A stretch of DNA of 64,000 nt from Sumerlaeia bacterium (GTDB lineage Bacteria > Sumerlaeota > Sumerlaeia > SLMS01 > JAHLLQ01): assembly GCA_040219255.1 (NCBI GenBank), contig JAVJSW010000027.1, positions 28,990-92,989 of the forward strand, in the 5' to 3' direction. Position 1 is the first letter of the stretch, and the number at the start of each line of letters is the position of its first letter. The position numbers and the translations under genes were made by a program. Of the stretch, positions 42,578 to 51,611 are shown in pieces. The notes under the pieces were generated by a model. It was not told the DNA's origin, did no database searches, and saw only the letters and a list, made by a program, of their open reading frames with translations.

Positions 42578-43654
42578 CTATGCCGTCACCGTTCCGTCGA
42601 TCGTTTCGCCGGGGACGGTGAAGTCCACGCGGTTACGGCCGCGGGCTTTGGCGCGGTAGAGCATGCGGTCGGCGCGGACGAACATGGATTCGACGTCGTC
42701 GGTGGGGCGGAGTTCGGTGCCGCCGATGCTGATGGTGAAGGAGATGCTGACGCCATCGAGTTCGACGGGGCTGGATTCGACGGCTTTGCGGATGCGCTGG
42801 GCGCAGGTTTTGGCTTCGTCGTAGTTGGTGCGGGGCAGGACGATGGCGAATTCTTCGCCGCCCCAGCGGGCGACGAGGTCGGAGGTGCGGCATTGCTGGC
42901 GGAGGAGGTCGGCCAGGTACATGAGGACCTTGTCGCCAGCGTCGTGGCCGTAGCGGTCGTTGACCGTCTTGAAGTGGTCGAGGTCGAGGAGGAGGAAGTG
43001 GGCGCTGCCGCGGCTTTGCTGGATTTGGGAGAGGAGGTAGCGGAGGAAGCGCGTCAATTGGCGGCGGTTGAAGAGGCCGGTGAGACAATCGCGGGTGGCG
43101 GAGGCGATGAGGGATTCGTCGTGGTTGAGTTCGGCTTCGTCGCGGACGAAGTAGCCGATGATGGTGGAACCCACGAGGATGCGGTCGCGCTCCTGAAGTT
43201 CGTAGGGTCCTTCAATGATGTGGCCGTTGACCTCGGTGCCGTTGCGCGACCCCATGTCCTCGATGATGCAGCGGGGCCGTTGATCGGGCCGTTCCTGATT
43301 GACGTAGGTGAGTTTGGCGTGGCGGCGGGAGGCGGAGGAGTCGGGGAGATTCCAGTCGACCTGGCTGGAGCGGCCCAGGACGACTTCTTTGCCGTCGAGG
43401 ACGCGGCGCTGGCCGCGGCCGGGGCCGGTGAGGCAGATGAAAACGGGGTACAGCAGGCTGGGATGGGCGGTGCTGGGGACGCGGGTCACGAGGCGCCGAT
43501 CGAGCATGTCGGTGCGATTGGCGACGCCCTGGGTGGTTTCCAGGGGGCTGCGGGTGGCTTCCTTCTCGGCGGAGGAGTGGTCGGCGCTTTCGCTGAGCGG
43601 AAAGGGGAAACCGGTGTCGTTTTCGTGATCGGAGGGAATAGAAGACACGCCCAA
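42578..43654 (-). CDS. FHA-domain diguanylate cyclase
   Basis: FHA (LGRS, SRRHA, SRNGT) plus GGDEF domain ([19 protein letters not shown]-site, RWGGEEF). Confidence 0.92.
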   Translation of the reverse strand: MGVSSIPSDHENDTGFPFPLSESADHSSAEKEATRSPLETTQGVANRTDMLDRRLVTRVPSTAHPSLLYPVFICLTGPGRGQRRVLDGKEVVLGRSSQVDWNLPDSSASRRHAKLTYVNQERPDQRPRCIIEDMGSRNGTEVNGHIIEGPYELQERDRILVGSTIIGYFVRDEAELNHDESLIASATRDCLTGLFNRRQLTRFLRYLLSQIQQSRGSAHFLLLDLDHFKTVNDRYGHDAGDKVLMYLADLLRQQCRTSDLVARWGGEEFAIVLPRTNYDEAKTCAQRIRKAVESSPVELDGVSISFTISIGGTELRPTDDVESMFVRADRMLYRAKARGRNRVDFTVPGETIDGTVTA

Positions 43655-43837
43655 TCCTAAAAGGGAGAATTCTCGGCCAGGGGGAAGTTCACATGGTATG
43701 GCAAGTGCCAGAAGGGAAGGTCCGTGAGGCGCGGGGTTGGCGGGTTTTCGAGCCGCCGATTCGCGAAAAACCTCCTTGGCATTGTAAACGGAGAGGCTTT
43801 CAATCCGTCAATCCTGTTTGGAGATGAAATGCAACCA

Positions 43838-45310
43838 ATGAATCGACGGGAGTTTTTTGCGCTGATGGGGGCGGCCCTGGCCGCGACGGCGATGGGCCAG
43901 ACCGGGGGCCTTGGGCGGGACACGCCGGGTCCGCCTGATTTGGAGTGGAGAGGGGTCTGGATTTCCCGGTTCGAATGGACATCCGGTGATGGGTCGGCCA
44001 TTACCCAGCGCCTCCGTGACATGATGGCAACGTTGCGCTCAGGCAATCTCAATGCCGTTTTGTTCCAGGTGCGCGGTCAGGGGGATACTCTTTATCCCTC
44101 GCGGACGGGCGAACCGTGGTCTGAAATGATTTCCCAGGCGGCAAGAACCATTGATCCCGTAAGCGTTGCGGTGCGCGAGGCGAAAGCCGCCGGGATCGAG
44201 TTCCATGCGTGGCATAATTTATCGGTGATCTGGCAGTCGGCCAGCGAGCAATTCCCCAAGGATACCAGCCATCCCTTTTATCGCTTCGCCCATCCCAAGG
44301 AGCCAGGCCGTTGCCGCGGCGTGATTTACGGCCCGGATCGGAAGCCCAAGTTCTTTGGGGAATCGGGTTACACATGGTTGACCCCCGGTAACCCGGAGGT
44401 GACAACTTATGTGCGCCAGCAGATCGCGGCGTTCCTGGACGCCTACGAGGTGGATGGTCTTCATTGGGACGATCGGACCGGGTTGCCCCATGGGGCGAGT
44501 CTCGATCCGGTGTCGCTGGAGCGTTTCCAGGGCCGGGGCAACCCGGAGCGGATTCAGGATTTGGAGGCGTGGCAGCGGGATCAATTGGGCCGGATGTTGT
44601 CGGATATCCGGGTGGTGGCGCGGGCGCGCAACCCTCGGTTGCGGATTTCCATGTCGCCCTTTGGGATCGCGGACAAGACGCGCATTCCCGGCTACAACCG
44701 GTTCAGCGACGCTGTGCGGGACTTTGGCGTCGAGCCGGAGAAGTGGCTGGCGATGGGGCTTATCGACGCGTTGATGCCTCAGATTTATTGGGACGAGGCC
44801 GATCCGGCGCCGAACTACTCGACGCTGGTGCGCGACTGGATGCGGCACAATCGGACGGGCCGGCCGATCTGGCCGGGGTCGGCGCTGAAACCGTGGCCGG
44901 GCAAGCAGGACCTGCTCGGGCAGCAGCAGGTCAACATCGCGCTGACGCGGGCGTTGGGGCTCAACGGCAACACGTTCTGGAGCTACGGCGCGGCGAAGCC
45001 GGAGGAGTGGCGGGCGTTGAGCCGCAAGGCCTACACCAACGTGGCCAAGGTTCCTCCCTTGGCAGAGGACGGCAAAGGCCAGATCATGGGCTCGGTAACC
45101 CTGAACGGGAAGCCGGTTATGGATGGGCATGTGTGGCTGGAGGGGCGCGACCAGGTGTATCTGACAGGAGCCGACGGTTTCTTCGGCATCCCCGCGGTGG
45201 AGCCGGGTGAGGTGCGTCTGGCGCTCGATGTGCCGGGCGTGAGCCGGTCGATCACGAAAGTGACCGTGCCCGTGGACAAGACCGCCGTGGTGCGGTGGCC
45301 GCTGGGGTAG
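43838..45310 (+). CDS. Tat-exported GHL10 (DUF187) glycoside-hydrolase-like protein
   Basis: MNRREFF twin-arginine signal; EWRGVWISRF, FQVRGQGD, FHAWHN, YEVDGLHWDD, MPQIYW. Confidence 0.88.
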   Translation: MNRREFFALMGAALAATAMGQTGGLGRDTPGPPDLEWRGVWISRFEWTSGDGSAITQRLRDMMATLRSGNLNAVLFQVRGQGDTLYPSRTGEPWSEMISQAARTIDPVSVAVREAKAAGIEFHAWHNLSVIWQSASEQFPKDTSHPFYRFAHPKEPGRCRGVIYGPDRKPKFFGESGYTWLTPGNPEVTTYVRQQIAAFLDAYEVDGLHWDDRTGLPHGASLDPVSLERFQGRGNPERIQDLEAWQRDQLGRMLSDIRVVARARNPRLRISMSPFGIADKTRIPGYNRFSDAVRDFGVEPEKWLAMGLIDALMPQIYWDEADPAPNYSTLVRDWMRHNRTGRPIWPGSALKPWPGKQDLLGQQQVNIALTRALGLNGNTFWSYGAAKPEEWRALSRKAYTNVAKVPPLAEDGKGQIMGSVTLNGKPVMDGHVWLEGRDQVYLTGADGFFGIPAVEPGEVRLALDVPGVSRSITKVTVPVDKTAVVRWPLG

Positions 45311-45328
45311 GGAAGGGGGCTGGGGGAT

Positions 45329-47593
45329 TCAAGAGGCGAGGGCTTGCTCGATAAGCCATTGGGCGGCGCGCTTCGAACCGTCGCCGCTTTCGAGGCGGGG
45401 ACCCACGCAGGCGGGGCAGCCGCCTTCGCAGGGGCAGTGGCGGACGGCGTCGAGGCTGGCGCGCAGGACGCGGCCTTGCATCGCGTGGAATCGCCGGGCC
45501 AGACCCATCCCGCCAGCGAATCGGTCCCAGACGGTGATCGCCGGCAGGCGGTCGTAACGCGCGCGGAGTTGCGGCACGACGCCGATGTCGCGGGGGTCGC
45601 ACATGACGTGGACGGGAACGGTGATACGCAGGAGGTGAGCCACGCCGCGCAAGCCGGCGGCGATGTCGAGGCCGAGGGCTTTCATGCGCGCCTCGGCCTC
45701 GGGGCGGAAGGTGAGCCATGCGGCCTCGGTCTGGATTTCGAGCTGGGGCACGGAGACCGGTCCGTAGCCGATGCTTTCCTGGGTTTCGAAGCGCACCTTC
45801 TTGAAGCGCGTGATCGATTGGGTGACGGAGACATCGCCGAAGCGGCGGAATTCAAAGGCAGACGCGGTGGCGCCGGGTTGCTCCTGATCGACGGTCAAGA
45901 CCTGAATGTTGACGCTCATTTCCGCCTCGGTGAAATAATCCAATCGCTTTTCCCGAACGTAGGCGGTGCGCCGGTCCCAATCGAGTTTCTCCACATAGTA
46001 AGTCCGCGCGTTGTGGATATAGGTGGCGTGGTCGTGGAGAAGATAAGGAGCGGCGTTATAATCGACTTCGCCGATGACCGCGTTGTCGTTGCCGGTGTCG
46101 AGGATCACGAAGTTCTGGGCGACGCCTTCGCGCAAGCCGACCATGTCGGCGGGATAGGAGTCTTCGCTGTAGTGCCAGCGGCCGCCGGAGTGGCGCAGGA
46201 CTCGCTCGTCCTCGAGGTATTGCAGGATGGGCGAGGGGTTGGCGGTGCCGAAGTTCTCGCCTTCCTCAAAGGGCAATTCGAAAGCGGCGCATTTGATATG
46301 GCTGGCCAGGATCGCCAGGTTGTCGGGATTGATGATCGCTTGTTCCGGTGAACGACCGAAAAAGAACCCAGGGTTTTGCATAAAGAATTGATCGATGGGG
46401 GAATTCCCGCCGACGTAAATCACCAGGCTGTCGGTGGCTTTGCGCCCGGCGCGGCCGGCCTGTTGCCACGCTGAAGCGATGGAGCCGGGAAAGCCGCTGA
46501 GCACCGAGACGTCGAGCCCGCCGATGTCGATGCCGAGTTCGAGGGCGTTGGTGCTGACGACGCCGAGGATTTCGCCGCGTTTGACGCCTTCTTCGATGCG
46601 GCGGCGTTCGCTCGGCAGGTAGCCGCTGCGATAGCCGCAAACGCGGTCGGGGTCGCGATTGAGCCGCGCCACGAACCGCTTGAGGTGGGTGGTGACGACC
46701 TCGATGAAGGTGCGGCTGCCGCCGAACACGATGGTCTGGCGGCCGCGCGCCACGAATCGCGCCGCGACCCTCGCGGTCTCGGTTCGAAGGTCGGTGCGGA
46801 CGTTGAGTTGCGGGTTGGACGCCGGCGGGTTGTAGAAAAGAAACGTTTTCTCGCCCATGGGGGCGCCGCTCTCGCCGACGACTTCGAAGGGTGCGCCGGT
46901 CAGTTCCTGGGCTAACTCGCCCGGATTTGCGATCGTGGCGGAGCAGCAGAGAAACGTGGGTTTCGATCCATAGAATTGGCAAATGCGATTCAGGCGGCGC
47001 ATCACGTTGGCCATCTGGCTGCCGAAAACCCCGCGGTATTGATGAAGCTCGTCGATGACGATATAGCGCAGGTTCTCGAACAACTTGATCCAGTTCGTGT
47101 GGTGCGGCAGAATGCCGGTATGGAGCATGTCCGGGTTAGTCATGACGATCTGGCCGGCGCTGCGGAGGGCCCGCCGGGTGTGGGGATTCGTGTCGCCGTC
47201 GTAGGTGAAGACTTTGATGTCGCCGCCCGCGGCGGTGGTCAGTTTATACAGCTCGCGATATTGATCGTGGGACAGGGCTTTGGTAGGAAAGAAATAGAGC
47301 GCTCGAGCTTGCGGATCTTCGAGAATCTTCTGCACCACGGGAACATTATAGCATAGGGTTTTGCCGCTGGCGGTGGGAGTCACGACGACGGTGTGGCGTC
47401 CGGCCAGGGCGTGTTCGATGGTCGCGGCCTGGTGCGTGTAGGGTCGCTCGACGCCATAGGCGGCCAGGGCCCCGCGGAGCCGCGGGTCCAGGTTGGCTGG
47501 CCATGCGCCATATTGCGGCGGCTTGGCCGGCAAACGCTCGACGTGCATGACGCCCCGCGAAAATTTCGGATGGTGCAGGAACTCGTTGACCAA
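45329..47593 (-). CDS. DEAD/DEAH-box helicase with DUF1998 zinc-binding domain (MrfA/YprA/Hrq1-like); start uncertain
   Basis: PTASGKT, DELH, SATIANP, STNALELGIDIG, QQAGRAGR, C-terminal CPCEGGCPAC. Confidence 0.92.
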   Translation of the reverse strand: MVNEFLHHPKFSRGVMHVERLPAKPPQYGAWPANLDPRLRGALAAYGVERPYTHQAATIEHALAGRHTVVVTPTASGKTLCYNVPVVQKILEDPQARALYFFPTKALSHDQYRELYKLTTAAGGDIKVFTYDGDTNPHTRRALRSAGQIVMTNPDMLHTGILPHHTNWIKLFENLRYIVIDELHQYRGVFGSQMANVMRRLNRICQFYGSKPTFLCCSATIANPGELAQELTGAPFEVVGESGAPMGEKTFLFYNPPASNPQLNVRTDLRTETARVAARFVARGRQTIVFGGSRTFIEVVTTHLKRFVARLNRDPDRVCGYRSGYLPSERRRIEEGVKRGEILGVVSTNALELGIDIGGLDVSVLSGFPGSIASAWQQAGRAGRKATDSLVIYVGGNSPIDQFFMQNPGFFFGRSPEQAIINPDNLAILASHIKCAAFELPFEEGENFGTANPSPILQYLEDERVLRHSGGRWHYSEDSYPADMVGLREGVAQNFVILDTGNDNAVIGEVDYNAAPYLLHDHATYIHNARTYYVEKLDWDRRTAYVREKRLDYFTEAEMSVNIQVLTVDQEQPGATASAFEFRRFGDVSVTQSITRFKKVRFETQESIGYGPVSVPQLEIQTEAAWLTFRPEAEARMKALGLDIAAGLRGVAHLLRITVPVHVMCDPRDIGVVPQLRARYDRLPAITVWDRFAGGMGLARRFHAMQGRVLRASLDAVRHCPCEGGCPACVGPRLESGDGSKRAAQWLIEQALAS

Positions 47594-47696
47594 ATCCGAG
47601 AGCGGGCGAATATCTTGCGCGGGTCGGCTTGTGGCGGCATGGGCGGAGCGGGTGGGCACGGGGGGAAACCTCGAAGGAACGAAATCGACGGAGCGA

Positions 47697-49007
47697 ATGA
47701 TGACCATCGCGGGAAAATGTTCAAGCCTCAATTTTCGCCTTCTGTTCGTCGGCCTGATCGTGGCCCTGCCCTTTTCCCTCTCCGCGGGATATGAGGAGGA
47801 TCTGGAACGGAACACCGTTTTGGTGAACGTGATGAACGGTTCGGGAGCGCGTGTGGGAGCCGGAACAGGTTTCTTGATGGACAATGGCCGAATTGTCGTT
47901 TCCAACGTCCATGTTGCGGGAACGGTGCAGTTGAGAGAGTATAAACAAAGCAACAGCGGAGCCGTCAGCGGAGAGTGGTATCCTGTCTTTTTGAGCGCGG
48001 ATGAGGAATTGCAAGTTCTGCCGGGATCGCGCCAGATGCGAAAGTGGGATATTACCGCTTATCGCGTCCATCGGGGGGAACAGACGGGTTTCAATAAATT
48101 TCGTCGCATGGAAGATCTGAAGGAGGGCGAGAAGGTTTGGACCCGCGGCAACGCCAATGGTGGCGGTCTTCGAATGTCCGACGGGAAAATCGTGAAGGTG
48201 CTCAATGGCCTGAGCAGCGCCGAGGACCGGCGGGAAATCGACACCTTGCTGGATAACCTGAGCAAGAAGAATGCTTACATGGGACGAACGAACCGTTACG
48301 ACCAAGTCATCGTGACGACCAGTTTTCTCGTCCCCGGCAATAGCGGTGGTCCAATCGTCGACAAAGACGGCAACTTGATTGGCATGGCATGGGCGACAAG
48401 TTCCAAACAGTCTTATGTCATTCCGGTCGAGTATGTGTTTCGCGTCTTGGGTATGGCGATTCCGCGGAGCCAGAGAACCGAGACGATGCAAACCTCGGTC
48501 ACCGTCGGCGCGAAGGTGGAAAACGCGCCGCGAAGAGCTGGCGATACCATCGTTCTCGGCGGCAATTCCTTCGTTTCCATGGAGTTCAACGACTCCGGCG
48601 CGGCCGACAGGTTTCGCGGGGAAAACACCGTGATGCTTGGTTCCACCTTTGAGATGAAAATCCCGGCGCGGCGCCTCGGGCCGGAGGTGAACTTTCCGGA
48701 AAAGGTCGATGCCGCCCGGGATTGGCAGCGGGAGACAACCGGGCGCGAGCCGACCGTGGTGGTTGTCGAAGCCGCCCACGATGTGCTCGAAGCGACCTTT
48801 CGCGTTCGAGGTAAGTCGAAAGACGGCAGTCTTGTCTTCGACTATGAGAGCCCCGATTTCAAGCGCGCGGAAGTCTTCGCCCATCCCGAGCGGGGCCGCT
48901 TCGAGTGTCTCGTGCTTCTGCGCGGCGATCTCGCGGGCGTGGCGGAACTCCAGTTTCTCCAGCCCGACGGCTTCCTGATCCGGTCGCGTCTCAGCCCCGA
49001 GAATTGA
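47697..49007 (+). CDS. Secreted trypsin-like (S1) serine protease with C-terminal domain of unknown function
   Basis: Hydrophobic signal; GTGF, SNVHV, WDI, PGNSGGP catalytic triad motifs. Confidence 0.85.
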   Translation: MMTIAGKCSSLNFRLLFVGLIVALPFSLSAGYEEDLERNTVLVNVMNGSGARVGAGTGFLMDNGRIVVSNVHVAGTVQLREYKQSNSGAVSGEWYPVFLSADEELQVLPGSRQMRKWDITAYRVHRGEQTGFNKFRRMEDLKEGEKVWTRGNANGGGLRMSDGKIVKVLNGLSSAEDRREIDTLLDNLSKKNAYMGRTNRYDQVIVTTSFLVPGNSGGPIVDKDGNLIGMAWATSSKQSYVIPVEYVFRVLGMAIPRSQRTETMQTSVTVGAKVENAPRRAGDTIVLGGNSFVSMEFNDSGAADRFRGENTVMLGSTFEMKIPARRLGPEVNFPEKVDAARDWQRETTGREPTVVVVEAAHDVLEATFRVRGKSKDGSLVFDYESPDFKRAEVFAHPERGRFECLVLLRGDLAGVAELQFLQPDGFLIRSRLSPEN

Positions 49008-49010
49008 CAA

Positions 49011-49040
49011 TTGACGGGCGCGGCGTCACGTCCCTAGCCT
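49011..49040 (+). promoter_or_regulatory. Putative sigma70 promoter of tRNA-Arg
   Basis: TTGACG, 18 nt spacer, TAGCCT, ending 11 nt upstream of the tRNA. Confidence 0.45.
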
Positions 49041-49051
49041 ACGAACAGCGT

Positions 49052-49128
49052 GCGCCCGTAGCTCAGGTGGATAGAGCACAGGATTCCTAATCCTGGGGTC
49101 ACAGGTTCGAGTCCTGTCGGGCGCGCCA
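49052..49128 (+). tRNA. tRNA-Arg (anticodon CCT)
   Basis: Acceptor stem GCGCCCG/CGGGCGC, D-arm, anticodon loop TTCCTAA, GGTTCGAGTCC T-arm, encoded CCA. Confidence 0.97.
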
Positions 49129-49132
49129 TGAG

Positions 49133-50605
49133 TTAGCGCTTCCGCCGCCGGGCTTTTCCCTGGGGCTTCGGCGGCGCGATTGCTGGCTGGGCGGGATGTT
49201 CATCGAAAGGCCCGGCGGTCGGCGCCTCGACCAAGCGAATTCGGATCTCAGCCAACCAAACCGGCACGGCCAGGATCGTGAGCAAAGCCAGATATCGAAT
49301 CAGCAGGGTAATCGGCAAGTGATGGCGTTCGATTTCGACGCTGTCCGCCAAAGTGACAACGGCCGACTGAGTGGCGGCCCCGATCCCGAAGAGAAGAATC
49401 GTCCATCCCAAGGCTGAACAATCGGGGCGCCCGGCGGTGAGGGCGATCAGCAAACCGATACTCGTGCAGGCAATCAAGAGCAGTTCCCCATAGCCGCCAA
49501 ACCTGGGAAAGGCCTTGTGTTCCAGCCATCGCACAAAGCGCAGTTCGCGTCCTTTGTCTTTCGTGTAATTCGGGACGAAATTGTCGATGCTGGACCGATA
49601 GCCCCGAATTGAAAGATCCAGCGACCATTGGGGATGGGTCAGAATGTAACGCTTGAAGCTGCTGAGGCCGTGTTCGTTAAGCCAGTCGATGTACGGGGGA
49701 TGATGAATGATCGTGCGGTTGAAGGACCAAACTGGCTCGGCGGTCCATTTGAGAATGGTCTCGTCCAGTGGCAGCCCGTACTCTTTGTTCCAATGGCTCT
49801 TCGCGTCTGTGTTGGGTAGAATACGCATAAAAATGACATTCGATAAATTCGTCTTCCATCGCCCTGAAGCTTTGTTCATCTGGCTCGATATAAAGAAGAG
49901 TAAGAAAAGCAAGAAGATCGTTCCCGCGAGAGTCCAAAGGGTACAACGGTGGCGTGCCTCATCGCCTTTGCGAGACGCGAATGCCGAGCCGGCAATGGTT
50001 GCCGCCAAGAGAGGAGCGAAATACATCCAATGGTCACGGGTTAAAATGAGGAGCGCAAGCGTCCCGATCAAGCTTGCCGAACTGAGCGGTAACCAGCGCC
50101 AATGGAGGCTTGGTTCGGATATTGCGCGGAATGTGAGCAAGACCAATCCGAGGAGAGTCAACAACAAGGAAAAAGCGACCGATTCGGAACGGGCCACAAT
50201 CGCCCACGCGCTCACCTGTGGAGAAAGGCTGAGAAGTAGAATCCCGATGACGCCCAGCAAACCGAGCAGTCGCCTTCCAAGAACGATGAACGCACAGGCA
50301 GAGAGAATGAGAGTCGCAAAAACATGGATCGTCAGTTGCCATCGAAAGATCGAAACATGTTCCTGTCCCGCCAGTTTGTGAACGAATGGCACAACAGGCG
50401 GGCGGCCTCCCAGCCAGAAATTCTTGCTGAAGAAGGGTTCCTTAGCGAGATTGTAGAAGGCGCCTTGGTCCCCGCTTTCCACTAAGGCATCCACGGTGCC
50501 GAACGTCTTAAATGACAACGCGAAGTAAATCAGGCAAAAGAGGGAGGCAGCGAGTCCGTAAAGATGAATCGGCTTGAATGGATAAGCTTTGAGTGCGTTC
50601 ATCAT
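49133..50605 (-). CDS. Polytopic membrane protein, probable GT-C glycosyltransferase
   Basis: Many TM segments; acidic GDQGAFY loop, RPPVVP, ARSES, ERH motifs; visibly lower GC. Confidence 0.6.
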   Translation of the reverse strand: MMNALKAYPFKPIHLYGLAASLFCLIYFALSFKTFGTVDALVESGDQGAFYNLAKEPFFSKNFWLGGRPPVVPFVHKLAGQEHVSIFRWQLTIHVFATLILSACAFIVLGRRLLGLLGVIGILLLSLSPQVSAWAIVARSESVAFSLLLTLLGLVLLTFRAISEPSLHWRWLPLSSASLIGTLALLILTRDHWMYFAPLLAATIAGSAFASRKGDEARHRCTLWTLAGTIFLLFLLFFISSQMNKASGRWKTNLSNVIFMRILPNTDAKSHWNKEYGLPLDETILKWTAEPVWSFNRTIIHHPPYIDWLNEHGLSSFKRYILTHPQWSLDLSIRGYRSSIDNFVPNYTKDKGRELRFVRWLEHKAFPRFGGYGELLLIACTSIGLLIALTAGRPDCSALGWTILLFGIGAATQSAVVTLADSVEIERHHLPITLLIRYLALLTILAVPVWLAEIRIRLVEAPTAGPFDEHPAQPAIAPPKPQGKARRRKR

Positions 50606-51492
50606 TTCCTCTCCAACTGAAGTTCTCGTTTAGCGAAATAAGCAGCTAGCGCAATGGAGGGAAAGATGGACAAAGCAGGAGTTAAAAAGGCTTTTCCGGC
50701 CAAGGGAGACATGTTCTCAAAGACGCACTGCATTCCAAGCGCCAGAACGAGCAACATTGCCTGCTGTGTCACCGAGCGCTTCGAGATTAGTCCAGCCGAT
50801 ATCACCACAAGAATGATCGCGATGCTTCCAGCGAGATATCGCAGAACCGGCACGCCCGTGTCCCTGAGCTGCATTCGGACACGATCCAGGGACAAAATCG
50901 CGTTTGGATGATTGGTTCTGGCCTCATATCGAATGTGCGCCACTGATGCCGGTGAGGAAGCGTCGAGGCTGATCGGCCGCTTGTCTTGGTCCGCGAAGTT
51001 CTGAAGAATCAAATCTGCATTGCCGTCTTTGTCAAAGACAGTGACGGTTGTTTGTAGTACAGGCGCGGCGTAGTTGTAGAAGTAGAAGTCTCCACTGACT
51101 CCGGTTCTCTTGGGGATTCTAAAATCCATCACCAGGGGCCGTTCCCGGTTTGTAGCCAATCCATATGGATTGTGGTCAAAATTGGATGGATCGGATTGAA
51201 GAAATTTTCCCACCGTCTCAAAGTTGCCCTCGTTCAACTGGTCGATGAACTGATGGTCATAGGGCCGCAGCGCTTGAAAGGCCCCGCAGAGGATAAAGAA
51301 GAACGACAGGGCCGCGGCGATTGCCAATTGATCCCGGCGTGTTGACCGGTCGATGGCACGCTGCAGACGTTCATGAAAAGGGGTCAAAGCCAAGTTTAAA
51401 CCTCGCATGCAATGTCGACTCAGTTTTCGAAGCAGACAATGACCGGGCAACGGAAATCCGGACGCCGCCCCGGGGCCTTTGCCTTGTTTCAC
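50602..51492 (-). CDS. Hypothetical membrane protein with extracytoplasmic domain (true start probably downstream)
   Basis: N-terminal TM, soluble domain, about three C-terminal TMs; overlaps next gene by 4 nt; lower GC. Confidence 0.55.
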   Translation of the reverse strand: MKQGKGPGAASGFPLPGHCLLRKLSRHCMRGLNLALTPFHERLQRAIDRSTRRDQLAIAAALSFFFILCGAFQALRPYDHQFIDQLNEGNFETVGKFLQSDPSNFDHNPYGLATNRERPLVMDFRIPKRTGVSGDFYFYNYAAPVLQTTVTVFDKDGNADLILQNFADQDKRPISLDASSPASVAHIRYEARTNHPNAILSLDRVRMQLRDTGVPVLRYLAGSIAIILVVISAGLISKRSVTQQAMLLVLALGMQCVFENMSPLAGKAFLTPALSIFPSIALAAYFAKRELQLERK

Positions 51493-51611
51493 TGCTTAAC
51501 GGCATGAACCCGCTTGAACGAAGACCATTGGCTAGGCCATGACTTTGCAATCGGCGGCGGAAAGTCCAACCGCCCCCCCCCCCAGAAATTTCGCCCCCCA
51601 AAGCCCCCCTC

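Noticed and set aside
40169-45310. Trp near the C-termini of the lipoprotein (VVWIPVQR) and Tat GHL10 (VRWPLG) as further tag examples
   Set aside because: No polar linker or following aromatic residue; probably the last strand of a folded domain
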